From contig OZ037765.1 of NCBI GenBank assembly GCA_964035545.1, forward strand, positions 20,584,995 to 20,648,994: a DNA stretch of 64,000 bases, in the 5' to 3' direction. The position numbers were made by a program, and so were the translations under genes. Positions within the stretch are counted from its first letter, which is position 1. Every line of letters begins with the position of its first letter. Positions 38,333 through 52,500 of this stretch are shown here, one piece after another. Below the pieces are notes generated by a model that made no database searches, was not told where the DNA came from, and saw only the letters and a program-made list of their open reading frames with translations. The stretch is from Bugula neritina (taxonomy: Eukaryota > Animalia > Bryozoa).

Positions 38333-39408
38333 GATACTAATAGTTGCATTTGCTGAATTGCATTCCCCAATTGCTAGTAATTAACTCGTACATGCCCAGC
38401 TGTATGTTATGTATCTACATATACTTAAATACATGCATGATTGACAATTACGAAGAGTGAATGACAGTTACTATAACCATTTCCATCGCTTTATTTGCAT
38501 AGTTTGAATTATTAAATTTTCACCTAACCAAATTCTTTGCCTGGCTTACTAGATTAATTAGTTTGACTTCATAGTTTTTATTAGCTTGTTGTAAATCATT
38601 GTAATTAAGATATATTTGTTGTTCAAGTACTCAAATTTGGCATATCTTTTAGAACTTTCTATGTTTTACTGTGATTAGAATTTGTATGGTTATTATTAAT
38701 ATGTTATAATTTGTGTATTATAGAAAAAATAACTCTGATTAGCTTAAAGTTAACCAACTTGTCCAGTCATTTTTTAATATTACAATTAACTTGAAACTTG
38801 TTGCTCATGTTAAAGAAACTACTAAATAAGATAGCGATTGGTATCTGCTTTTTGCTGCAAACCATTGCTTTATATTCAACTTCAAACTTCCTAGAGAGTA
38901 TAATTCTTATTTTTTTTAAACTCTGCCAAATTTAAAGCTGGAAAAATTGGGTTATACATTTTATGCTACCTGTGAGATATAACTCATTAATTTTGAGTCT
39001 AGACTCATGACTTCATGAATTTCAACCATTAATTGTGTCGTCAAAACTCATGTTATGTTGTAAACTTGGACGTAGTTCTTTGGAAGTTTGATTATTCTTA
39101 AAAATTACCAATCCATATTGCTAGTAGAGCAGGCTTCACTGCATGTAGACTATTTCCAATATAACATAATATTTTAGCAATTTAAATTTAAAAACTAACA
39201 ATACTTATAAAAAAATCTACAGCATGATATAACTTTCTAATAAATTTGATGATTCTTCCTTACTGTTTCTGTGGTACATTATTAAAACCCATGTTTTTCT
39301 ACTAATTACTATGTGTTAGCTGATTGTTCATCTGTTGATAACCAATGAGTTTGGCTCTTGATAATTGTTAGATTTGCACCAGCAGATTTTACATGAAAGT
39401 AAGATAAT

Positions 39409-42400
39409 ATGGAGGGCAGTTTTACCACCAGTCACAGTTCGTCAGCACCCTCAGATGATGTCTCCGAGGGCAATTTACTCGACTTTGATTTGTCTCGTAA
39501 GACATCCTCAGAGGATGTAAATGTCCACTTTGATGAGTCATTGTATACCATACATCGATATGTATATGAAGGGGACAACAAATCCCTATCAGCACTTCTG
39601 TTTCGTCGTGACAAAAGCACTGACGTGTCCAGACAAGATATGCATGGTGAGTTCTTTTCTTGGTTCTGTAAAAATTGTAACACTGAATATTCATATTGCT
39701 AGTAACTAACTGTTTATATCTTATGACAATATTATGCTGAATAGACTACTGTTTCTTCTTTGTTTACTACTCTTTATTTTGTTTGTTTTTTTAGGGAATA
39801 CTGCATTACATTTAGCAGCTATGCTTGGCCGAAAAGGTAAGCGCAGTTGGTTCTTAGTGACTTGTATCTAAAAGATATTATGCTTATGCTGGTATTTGTA
39901 GAATATAATATGCTATGCATATGCATTATTTCTGCATTATAATATTTTGTCCATAATATATTAATCTAATAATTATGAAAATATTAATATAGCCTTTATC
40001 TATTCAGAACTTAATTAAGTGGGCTTAGAATCTCATGATAGACATGAACAGTAATGCGATATTAGGAAATAAAATGCTGGCTGAGAAGTTTTAGTAAAAG
40101 GGAAAAGGCTTAGGAAAAGTTATTTATTTATTGATTAAAGTATTAGGACCTCCATTCAATGTTGTTTGTTAGTAGCAAAGCTTTTAACATGTAGGTTGTG
40201 TAGGTTGCTGTGGTTGGTATCTAAGCTATAACATAACATGTATATACATGTTGTGTTGCACATGCTGCATCCCATATCTTTAATGGTATATTTATACAAG
40301 ACATGTGCTGTGATTAGATATCATTAGTATCAGTTGTATGTAGTAAATCATCCTACTCACGTGGGTGTTTAGCTGTAGCAATATATACTCACTACTTCGA
40401 AGTTTTTATATATTGCATAGATCTTTTTTTATAGCAAGTAACTATAGATGCACATTTTTGTGCACCCTTTACTGGACAGTTGTACGATGAAGTGTTCTCT
40501 TTGATATACTGAGTACACGAAGTGTTTTGCTGTATGGCTATGACTGAATTGTTACATGGTGGTATTACTTTACAGAGTGTGCCGAGTTGCTGCTAGCGTT
40601 TGATGCACCAGTAGACGTTAAAAATCTACAGGGACAGACACCACTGAATGAAGCCATTAGTTTTGGAAACAGAAAAATGAGTAAGTATAACAGGGAAGGA
40701 GGATATTTTCTACCTGCATGTTCTATACTGATGGTACTTCTAAATACAACTTAATCACGTGTATGTAAAAAAGCTGGTATTAAAGGCTTCAGGTGGCTAC
40801 AGATTTTGCCTCTATAATGGCTAAAAAAAGCTTTGAATATAGCAGAAGAACTTATTGCTTTTCCTGGTATCATCACATACCCTTCCGAGATTTGACAACC
40901 AGTGCTAGCACAATATGTACTGTGTTAGTGACTTTCTACCTCCTATACACAGCTGCTTCCCTTTGTTTCTTAATATTGGTGCACAAAATAATAATAAACT
41001 TAGTTATGATTTACCCTATATGTTGATAATTACCTAACAGTTTCTATTCATACTCATTCTTCCGATTTATAATTTGTAAGTGTGACTAGTGATAGGAAAC
41101 TACATTTATCTCTCTTATTCTATCTTTGACAAGTGGAGTGAGTAGGGGATAAGGGGGGGGGGAGATTGTTATCTTTCACATTTACCTTTCTAATTTATGA
41201 CTGAGTGTGACACGCTGTCACATGTGGCTGTCCTTCAGTCACTGATTTAGTGTCAGTTTCTTGCACCACAGGGTTGTTTTTGGCTTTAATCATGGAGTGC
41301 TACCAGCCAGTAAGTTGAGATAACTGCAGTTTTTTAAATAGGGCTAGTTCTAGCAGATACTGGTAACATGAAAGATTGCCTTCTTCAAAAATAAAGTTAT
41401 CATACCTCAAATCCTAACACCAAACTAAACATTATAAACTCAAGCTAAGTGATTAATTCTGTCCTGCAAAATATAAATAAATCACTAGCAGATAAGCTTC
41501 TCTGTCCATCAGGTGTGCTGGGTCTTCTAGAGCTTTGACATTTGTGTGATTTAGACCTTTGAGACTTTATGGTGTGAAACCACACAACTGTCAAAGCTCT
41601 ATACCTGCTTGATTTAGTAGGATTAAATAAACATTATTTTTCTATGATATTGTGAATGCCTGATGTACAATTGACCTAGATGAGCTTACTATGCAACAGT
41701 ACAGCAACTGTTGAATTGAACTCACACATGATTTGAGAGTATATGACCCAAAGAGAAAGAAAAAAAACTTTTTTTATCAGAATCACTTGAGCTTAAATTT
41801 ATAATAATTTTCTCGACATTATATTTTCGTGTGCACTTTTCGAATTACTAAAAAGAAAAATCTGGCATGGGTACTGCTTACTGCTATTGAAGTCTCCTAG
41901 TATGTTTATTGAAAAGAACTCATCTAGCATTTCATGGAACTTGAGAGGTCATCCCCATCTCATTTAATACAATTGATGTGCAGCCCGTGACCAGGTGCTG
42001 CGTACACTGAGACTGAGGTGTATACGCCGGGCTATAAGCATCTTATACAATAACATTTCTTATTCTATTATTAATTTGATTTTTCTTACACAATGACTAG
42101 TGTGGTTTATACTGTACAGCAACAGACAAAATTCTACTTTCTATTTGAAAAACTTTAGTATGTAAGAGAAACACTCATTGCCAGAAACTGTTGTAGTTAT
42201 CACAATGGTGCATAGACTCAGGGCACAGACTACAGAGCACATCGAGTCTCACCAACCTGCCGTACAGAAAGCTCTAGAGGAACTAGACGATTTCAGGCTA
42301 ACGCTAAAATGGGAGTTCCACAGCTGGGGTCAGTTTATAATATGCTACTTGCTCAATTAATGGTAATATTATATCTGCTGCTTTGAGTTGAGTAGATTCG

Positions 42401-45400
42401 AATGATGCCTATTTTTGTCAGTAACTCTGTAGCTTCACCGTTATGTGAAAATAATATAAGCTCTGCATAAAGTACATCTAAAGTGTCGGCTAGTCTATTG
42501 TATAAGGTGTGTTGTAGTGCCACTAGTCTCGAGGTTCTTGCCATGTGACACGTGTCACATTTACAAGAAAGGTTGTCACATCAGGTCAGTAGTTTCAAGT
42601 ACTTGATGAAAGCTATTTATTTAGCGTTATCCAAGTATTGCACTGTTCCTGTGTATACTTTGAACATTACGTACAGTATTTACCTTTGACCACTTAGTTC
42701 TGACTGATTTTTATATAACCTTCCATGTTCACTTAGTGCTAGTCTGTGTGCATTATGCTAAATATTTCACTTTTGTTTTAGATTCAAGAGGATAAATCAT
42801 AAAAATTTTACTGTTGAAGTGCACTAAACAGATTTTGTGCTGGTTATTGATAATAAAGCTATGCCAAACTGTTGGCAGATTTGTTAGTGAATTAGTTTTG
42901 TTGCTGGTATATAAAGTTTAAAAAATAAAATCTTTTTATGAGTCGTGTCACGGAACTAATAAAAAGAAATTTAAGAACTTTAAAAATCAAGAACAATAGT
43001 TTGTAGATTTTGTGCTATATTTTTCTGTTTATTTCTGTTTGTAATACCAAAGTTGTGCATGTTTGTACAGGATGGACACAACACTTATAGATTTTAAAGA
43101 TATGCGGTGGGAGAGAGGTAACCTCTCCTTTCTTTTTGATGGCACAAAACTTGGTACACAGTCTTTACTGGTCATGGATCACAAGCAGAAAGTATTTCAA
43201 TGGATTAAAGATGTGAGTTTTACAATTTAAGTCCTTTTCTTCAGCTTTTCTGAATTTTCTATAGCAGATCTGAAATATTGAAAATGATTCATGTATTCTC
43301 TTGCATTTAAGTGGTTGTATGCAATAATTTCATAAGAGTTCTTAGTTTCAGTACAATCTGTCACAATAGATTCAATGTGTAGTAGTTTCATATAACTTTT
43401 TTTTGCCTAGAATTGGATTCTGGTTTCTTTGAGAACATTAATGTTAGTGTTTGATAGGTTTTCAACTTTTTAAATAATAAAGGCGTCATTATAATAGGGT
43501 GCCCCTCCTTACATCATTAATGAACTTTATAAAATTTCAGCTGCAGCAAGCATTCTTATTCACAATTACTAATAATTTAGTAGCTGAGTGCTTTACTGTG
43601 TAGGAGTCTGAAGAGATCTTAGTAGCTGATGTTGACATCATGATGAGTACAGATAATGAAACGGGGAAACTCACCACCAAAAATATAGCTTTTACCAGAG
43701 CTCAGTCTGGCATCATTTTTAAAGAAGGCAAAACTGTAAGTGTTTATCCGAGAGAGTCAGTACAGAAGAGTGCTGAGCGTCATTCTACTGTTGTAGTACT
43801 GCTGCTGGTGTAATGTGACTATCCAGTTGAAGTAAAATATTAGAATTTGCACTTGCTAAAAAACTGACTCATCTATTCTTATTGTTTTCAACATTAGAAG
43901 ATAGTGAAGGTAAACATTTTAATAATCAGTCTTAAACTCTTCACAGCTAACTGAATATTTATGTTTAATCATTGTCTTTCCCATAACTTTTTTTGCAAAA
44001 TATTGAAATTAGATTTTGTAAATATTCAGCTGTTACAATGCTACCAAAAGTTATTGTGCAACCTAGTATTGGCAGAAATTATTTTTTTGAAATTTCTTGA
44101 AAGGCTTCATGCTTTGTACGGGTATTAGAGTAGAGCCATAGATTGTGTTAGAGTTTAGCATACAAAGAGTTGATGTTGTGACTTTGTGTACTTCTTTCCC
44201 TGTATTATGCTATTCTACTGAGTATTACAATTACAAAATTAGGTTTTTATATAGAATAAAGAACAGTAATATTTTGATTCTCTTATCAGTTTTCTCAACT
44301 CAGCTAATTTGATGAAAATTTTCTGAAACTTCAATTTACTTTTAGCAATTTGATAATATTTATAATTGTGGCTGTTGTGTAAGAGTTTTCTTTTCCTGTT
44401 TCAATTGATTTTCTGCATAATACAAATCAATGCTCTTGTATAATGTATGTTCAAGTACTCTTTATAAAGGAATATATAAATACTTGTATATATTCTATAG
44501 GAGATGGTTGGGGAATGCAAAGCTGACTTTTTCAATGTGCAAGGTATCAGACTGGTGTCAGTAAAAAGGTAGGCAACTCCTTAGGGCAATGTATTATATG
44601 TCACCGCTAGCCCACCTTTCCTATGACTCATCACCAGAGGGTATTGTGAATTCTGCTGATTATTTTATTATAGTAGGTAAAATTTATTCCTTACTCTAAA
44701 TAGTTAGTAGGAGTTACTTCCCCTAATATATTGCCAATTATTTTAAACACTTGTACATTCTTGTGATGATTAAAATAAACTAATGTGCAAAAATGGTTGT
44801 TTCCTTATAAGGAACTGCAGGGCTTTTTTGATTAATATTTTTTGATATAAATAAAATCTTATTTTCCTAATTGTGTTAAAATATTTAGCTGCTAAGACTA
44901 TCAAGAGTAAAAGATGGTAGGATCACTATTTCAATTCAGTTAATATTCTCAGCATTTGTTGGCTGAAGTTCAGCCAGGCATGAAGATAATTTAACACAAA
45001 TGGAGGCACAAACTGAGAGTAACATTGTCTAATGTATTGCTGTTTGTTGCAGACGTGAACATTTGTCTGACGAAGATATTAAAGCAAACAAATCTAAGCT
45101 CAACCATGCTAACATACAGAAAGCTTTAGCTGATGGACCTGAGGTGTGTTGTATTCACCTATTCTAGTTGGGGTTGATGCAGACTACTAAAATTAGAGCG
45201 ATTATGTCTAACATAGTTGTTAGACAAGGCAATTGTTTAGCTGAAAATGATCACAAAACTCATGGCAACAGGTTCTGTCAGCATAAGGGGTTGTTTTCTC
45301 TGGAAACATTCTTAAATTGCAGTTGGTTATTTTGCTTGAATTTTAAATTTGAGTATCGTTTTGATGTCATGATTTACTTTATTTATATTGTGGGTGATAG

Positions 45401-47980
45401 TAATTTAGTATAGTTTTTAATTTTAAAAACAGAAAAATATCCAATTAGTTTGAGAAGCCAAAAATTTTGGTATGCCAATTCAGTAGCTATATTAGCCAAT
45501 CACTGACAAGCATAATATAAAAAAAAACTTAGTTGGATTTTTAAAAGCATATCTTCATATATTCTGAAATATTTCATTAAGATGCTATTTGTATAATATT
45601 TGCTCTTTACTAGATGCTGTTTATTGCATTTTTAAGTGGCTTGTTTTAGATATCAGGAGTTGTCTTTTCATTTGTCAAAGTTCATAGATATTTTTTGGTA
45701 GTTTTATTAGATTCGACAGAATGTGCAATGTGTGTAATATTACGTTATGCAGCATTACGTTACATATTTATCTCGCGAGTAATTCTGAAGCAGCATTATA
45801 ATAACTTTTGTGCGATTTCCAGATAAATTTTAACTTTGGCCAACTATTTTTTATTACTTGGTTAGATTATTTATTGTGTTATGGGTAAGTATTCTGCATT
45901 GTCAATATTTATCCCAGATTAAGGAGCGTCAATCTCTACCACCCCCTAAACCCAACACAGTTCCCTGGAAGGAATACTGGTCTGCCCCTCCTGGTAAACC
46001 GCCGTGCATTGGAAGACCCCTTAAATGTAAAACCTCTAACAAAACATTCCAAGCTACGGTTGCCATGGTGAGTATAGTATACTTCCTGTAGAGATGAGTT
46101 TATATTCAGCTGCTGCTATTTTTAACTAGTTTTATTTAATTTATGTTGGTTGTAGCTGGCTGATGAGGTGTTTGTTAAATCGTCTGTTTTCTGCAGGGTA
46201 TTTGATATTGCAGTTAGCTATCAGCTAGCTTAATTCCAACACTCTTTTGACATGTTTTTAATATATGCTGATTTGCAGTTATTAGAGAATATATTTTTTG
46301 TCTTAGAAAATGAAATATTCAATATTATTTATCACTACTATTTATATCGTTCCAGAGTACAGAATTTCCTGTAACTGTTGCACAACTCCTTACTGTGTTG
46401 GAGAGTATCAAACCTCTACGGCATTTCAAGAAACTTCGAGAGTTTATGGCATTCAAACTGCCCCCAGGATTTCCTGTTAAACTAGGTATGCCAGCAAACA
46501 GGTCATCAACTGCAAACCTTTCAGTGCTGACTTGTTTCTTGATGTATTGTCTCCAGAATTTCTTGTAGAGCAACTGTGATCATGACTTATACATAGCATT
46601 GGCCTTTGTCTTAGCTGTTCTATATGATAATTTGTTTGAAAATGAGTACGTGTATAATATATATGTGCACAATGAAGTGGGTAAAAGTTGTTCAAGTCTA
46701 TTTGCAATACAAATTTATTTGGTAAAAGCCTACACAGAAGCAATAATGATAAAGTCCTCCTGCTTAAATTACATATAACCCTAATGTAACTTTATTAAGA
46801 TCTTTTATGATATGCTTTATGTCTGCTGCATCTTTTATAGGACATGCGTTTTCTGCAGTCTGTATAAATTCTGACATAAGGTGTACATGTTTGTGTGCAC
46901 ATTTTGGCTTGGAAGTTATATTTCTATGGCATGTGTGTCGAAAAACTTCATACACTACTATACATATAATGCTTCTTATACCTTGTCTTGCTTTTCTGCA
47001 TTTGTTTATATGTTTAAAGATTGTTTAAGCCAAAAAATGTTTTACAGAAATTCCAGTATTTCCTACGGTAACAGCAAAAGTAGCATTTGAGCAGTTTGAG
47101 TGGAAGAATGATTTGGATGACACATTCTTTGAGGTACCAGCTGGCTATGAGGAAGATGCAGAAAGGTGGGACGTAGTTTAAACTCTTGTATGGTTCATCG
47201 TCTCACTTAGTCAACCAATTAAGTACTGTTTATACTACAGCAAACAGTAACCGGTCATTCTATTGCTTTTGAAATAGAACCACATTAATGATTAAAATAA
47301 GTAAATATTGTCGCATTCTAGTGTTCGGAATAATACAAATTAAATAAGTTAACCCTTGCTGACCTTTACTATGGAATACTCGTGTAAATACCCCTAACAT
47401 ACTTTAGATGAACAATAAATAGGAAAGATAACTCCTATTTATAAAGTGTTTTTTTAAGAGAACCTTGAAAATATATTTTCTTTCAGTTTGGAAAGTATTG
47501 ATACATATTTTAGTGAGTGGTAGAACAACTTCAAAATAAGGCTGTAAGTAAAGCTGGGCCACATAGAACTATGTAAAATACTTAATATTATCAATACATT
47601 TCATGCATATAACGTAATTAACATCAACAACACAGCTAATTTGTGATAGTAACCATAAAGAATTATTATGATACAAAATTAAACTGCATGCTGTATGTAT
47701 GCAACCTCTACTCAATTTCTGTTTGCTACTATAACAAATGTGCGGCTTTTCTAACACTTCACCTTTTCAATGTTTTAATTCAACTGTATAACTTCAACTC
47801 TGTTCTTGTTCAATTAGATACCTCACTGTGCCTTATAACAGTTTACACTTTAAACATACTGCATTTTCTTGTTATAACGATTTGCAACTTTTTGAGAAAA
47901 GTTATTGCAGCTTTTAATACTTTAACACTAAAAATTAAGTAAAACGACATGAATTATGTTGTTGCAGATTTGGTTTATGA
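39409..47980 (+). CDS. ANKRD13C: Ankyrin repeat domain-containing protein 13C (ankyrin repeats plus GPCR-chaperone domain), ~475 aa
   Basis: Exons 39409-39646, 39795-39836, 40576-40680, 42197-42328, 42518-42584, 43071-43212, 43604-43735, 44501-44568, 45053-45143, 45918-46067, 46356-46485, 47048-47165 and 47968-47980 (1428 nt). Motifs: HGNTALHLA, LKWEFHSWVPLVSRFLPCD, RMDTTLIDF, RQSLPPP, KLPPGFPVKLEIPVFPT. Ends EEDAERFGL* with no UIM tail, which indicates the 13C type rather than 13A/B/D. Confidence 0.93.
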
Positions 47981-49524
47981 CTGAAAGAACTCAGCTATGT
48001 AAACTTAGACATACGAAGTTACTGTAGAAGTGATGCTAGTGTAATGGATGGAGTTATACTCCCACGAACAACACTGGGAGCAGCTAGTTCCGATGTAACA
48101 ATACTCTTTGATGATGAAGTCACCTAATCCTTTCTATAACTAACAAAATTCAGGCAGGTTACAAGTTAGCCTCGCATAAACTACTCAATTTTGTCTGTAA
48201 AGTAAACATTGAAGACCAACTGACCACAGAACTTCTTTCAAGTTCTATTTTGACTCAGATGACTGTCAACTCTGCACTAACATATTTGTGACATGACCTG
48301 AACGTAATGTTATTTATGTAACCACTTTCACTCTTTCAGTTTTTTCTGTGTTCATATTGCAGTAAGTTTCCCTTTAATTACACCATAATATTTAAATTAA
48401 ACCAATTTTGCTCTGCATCTTTGTAGTCATTTGGTGATTATTTTTATATGATATCTTCGTTATATTCTATTTACAAGTTCCAAAACCCCACCGACTTCTG
48501 TGATACCAGTTTTATTTTTATTCATCAACCAACTAATCTTTGCCATCTAATTTCTACGTATTATTTTTTTGGATAGAATTGGAAACAGATCTATGCTGAG
48601 AAAATAGTTTAACCATTCTATTTTCTTGACAGTTCTTGTGCTTCTCAACCATGGATTTAGTCAAGAGAGTTCTATTTTTTAAATGTCGGTTCTAAGTAAA
48701 ACATTGATGACATCTTAACATCTGTCATTGTTCTCTGTGTGTTATCTAAACACTAACTCTTAAATTATACAAGCTGAGGCCAAAAAACATTTACTCGTCA
48801 ATAAATTTTATCGAAAATCAAGAGACACACGAAGGTTGAAAAGTAATTAATAAATGAGTGCATCATTTATCTTAAACTGAAGAGTGCTTTTGTTGGAATG
48901 CAGATAGCTAGTTAACTTAACCATTCATTTTTTGTTGCTCTCCAGTTATTAACTTTGTTTTAAAAAAACAATTGATACAAATTTGTTCTCTCAAATGCAT
49001 ACTTTACTGACTGTTCAATAACAATTTTTGGAGGAAAAAATTGAAATATAAAACCAACTGTAACAAAATATTAATAGTACAGACAATACAAGTTGAAGTG
49101 CAAAAAAGTTAAAATTAAAATTGTATTGCAACAGAAATATGAACAAATTCTAAATTTACAAATATAATTAGCAATAACTATTTCCAGTTACTGTTGGGTA
49201 ATCAGTAAATTTCTTGCATTAAAGAATATTTATTTTCAACTAGTGATTGGCAAGGTAGCCACTATACAAGAGCGTAAGATTTTCAGCTTTCATATCTACC
49301 ATTCATTTGCCTAAAAATTTGTTCGGTAGTAAATTTAAGTATTTCTTTCAACAATAAACATGAATGCATCTGGTTAGAAATATAACAATTATTCCTTATT
49401 TCTGACTATAATAACACTAAGAGACAGTTCTTATTAAGTATGCACCTAGAATAGAAATTGAATTATCTAGTTGTGAAATAAGCTTGATCATATAAATGTA
49501 TAATCAGCCTGCAGAAGCCTGTGA

Positions 49525-52500
49525 CTAGAGTACAAAATGCTTGCAAACTTGTATGCCAGCAGCTGCTAAGGCTTCAGTATTCAGAGGGGCAGAAGAAAGC
49601 TGCACTAGGCATGCTCCATTTGTTTCACTACTTCCTGTGACAAGAGAGGAAACAGCCACACCTTGTGATCCTAAAGAGCCTGCAAAAGCACATGTTGAGA
49701 TAATTCCAACAGTGCATAACTTGAAAGAGTATCTTGGCTTTGCTAGGTTTGAAATCTAGCTACATAAAAAACAGAAATAATGCCAATCTACATAGAAATA
49801 ATATTTACATTTATGGAAATAAAAATGTAATTTATCATTATTTATCATCATTTTTGTCAAAACTGTGCAAAAATTTTTCAGTAGAAGGCTATCAATATAG
49901 AATAAGGAGCAACAGAAGAGTTAGTGGTGACAGGTTCAAACAGTTACCTAAGAGAGTGATAAGAGCTTCATCCTTGGCTTGCTTAGTGCTGGTGGTGAAC
50001 AGGATATATGAAGATCCGGAGACTAGAGTCATGGCATTATGTAATGGCACACCAGCCAACTGAGTCAGTACACTGCACTTCCCCTCTACACACCCGGTGA
50101 ACAGGTTGACGCCATCTTGTACTAAACTGACAGAGTTGTCTCCTCCAGCTACATACTCTGTACAGAGCTACAAGTACCAGAGTACATATGAAATGGCTGT
50201 TTATAACATTTTAATGATAACAGAGAATGGCTGAAGGTTAGGATGACAAAACCACAGAATGAGCAACAGTATTATTGACCACAGAATGAGCAACAGTATT
50301 ATTGACCACAGAATGAGCAACAGTATTATTGCGTAGAAACAGAAGAATATTGTGAACTGTAAAACTTGCACTAAATGAATAGTTGTACCCTATAAAACAT
50401 ATTATAATAACATAAGTGTGATATCTCACACCAGCTACCCATGAGCTAACAGCGTCATGAGAAACTGAAATATGTATATTATTATCTAACAGTTAGCTCA
50501 AGCTCCAGCATTATTTTAAAAAAGTAAAGTTGTACCAAGTTAATTTCCATGAATAATACTACTAATGCTTAGATCAAGTTACCAGGTAGATGTGCCAGTC
50601 AGACACAACACAGATTGTCCACAGGACACAATATTACGAGTATTAAGACTAAATTTGATTGGCTAAGAGCTATGTACCTCATATCCTGCAGCTTTGGCTA
50701 AGGCTGGAGCGTTAATAAGGTTGAGCGCAGAGTTTTTCATTAGTCCAATACCAACTGCCGCAGGTAAAAATGAGAGAGCTGTCTTCATGCCTGCATCTCC
50801 GGAGGCTTTGACCAACAGTTTAGAGGGAGCGCTTACAACGCAGCTAGCCATCACCCCCATGCATCTACCAAGCTCAATCATTGGCTGCTGGACTGGATCC
50901 ATAGCATTCACTAGAGCCTTTGCATTCAGCTAAATTGAAAACAATGCCGGCTAAAGTTTCAGACAACAAACAAATGAAAACATTCCGTTTTCATATTGAC
51001 ATTTTATTATGATTTATGTTGGGTAAATATGGAATAAAAGATAGGGTCAAGTGACTTTTTTGTAAATTTTGGAGGTTTTATAAAATGCTGACTAAATACA
51101 GTCATATTTTAAACATATTTTGATAGAGGCGGAACCTGTTTTAAAGACCCAATTATTTGATGCTAGAATGGAAGAATTGCAGGTTTTGACTAACTTCACT
51201 ACACATACTAGAAGTTCAAATCAGGACAAATTTTTACTATATACGGTTTTCGAAAATGAAAAATTGCAGTAAAAACATAGTAAACATAGTAAGTATTATT
51301 CATATAATAATTTAGCTTACAGCTCCAAATAAACTCTTCCCATCCCTAGCATCAATGAACTGCTGTGCTATTTCTTCTGCTACCCTAGACTGTGCCTCTG
51401 TGGTACTAGCCCCAAGGTGGGGGGTAGCTAGCACATTAGGATGCTGTACCAAACTCTGGTCTTTAGGTGGCTCCTAAAACACAATAAGTCAGTTTGTGTC
51501 AGATGATTTGTAGTTGAAAATTTTAAAAATAAAATAATGCTGCTACTTCCTTACAGCTATAATTGCTATATTTTTAAATTATTATATAGTAAGATATTTT
51601 ACATGCAAACTATTAGTTCATTTATTTTCACTTTTTAATATCTGAGAATGCTGGAGTCAAGTAGTTTATTCAACTAGTTGCTAGCACACATCTCCCTTCT
51701 CCACAAAGGCCTAACACAGGTAAAGGATGGGGTGTATGGTGTACCTGCACAAACACATCCAGACCAGCTCCTCCACACTGACCAGAGTTGAGAGCTTCCA
51801 GTAATTCAACTTCATCAATAATGCCCCCTCTAGCGCAGTTGATGACCTTCACACCTTTCTTACACTTGGAAAAAACACTGCCGTTGATGAGATCTGGAAA
51901 CAATGGAGTTGCAGGAATGTTAGGCTCAATCAGCTATGGTTCATTAGACACATAGCAAAACTGCTAATAAAAAAAGCTGAACTCTCATTGCAGTATTAGC
52001 AATTTCATGACTACTACTAAATTATTATGATACAAATTACAATAGCACCATAGCCAGCAAGACGATATATTTTAAATACAAATTAATTATTTATTTTGAA
52101 ATGTTTGAGTAAAATCCATTACAGTCTTCGGAGCATATGTGAAACAGAAGCTGATTATTTCAAACTATTTTAAAGTTTAGTTTCACATAGAAAGATTTGA
52201 CTCAGATTAGGTAACACATCTCAGTTCTACATTGACACTTGTTTTCAAAAACAATTGTTGCTTTCCATTAATTTTAGACATAAAACATTTCACTAGAATT
52301 AAAACTGGAAACAGTAAATTATAAAGTGAACAAAACCATACCCACTATGAAAAACCACTGAAATATAGAGTTTATATATACCTTTAAATTAAAATTAAAA
52401 AGCAATGATGCAGAATAACGCAAACATACTTTTGGTGGGGGGTATGAGAGGCACGTGCACTGTAATGTAGTCTGCCAAGGGCCACATCTCCTCGAGGGGA

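Noticed and set aside
42543-42560. Perfect 18-bp palindrome atgtgacacgtgtcacat in an ANKRD13C exon
   Set aside because: Single short instance in coding sequence (CDTCH) with no supporting context.
50251-50331. 27-bp repeats as a CRISPR array
   Set aside because: Head-to-tail with no spacers, in a eukaryotic intron, with no cas genes.
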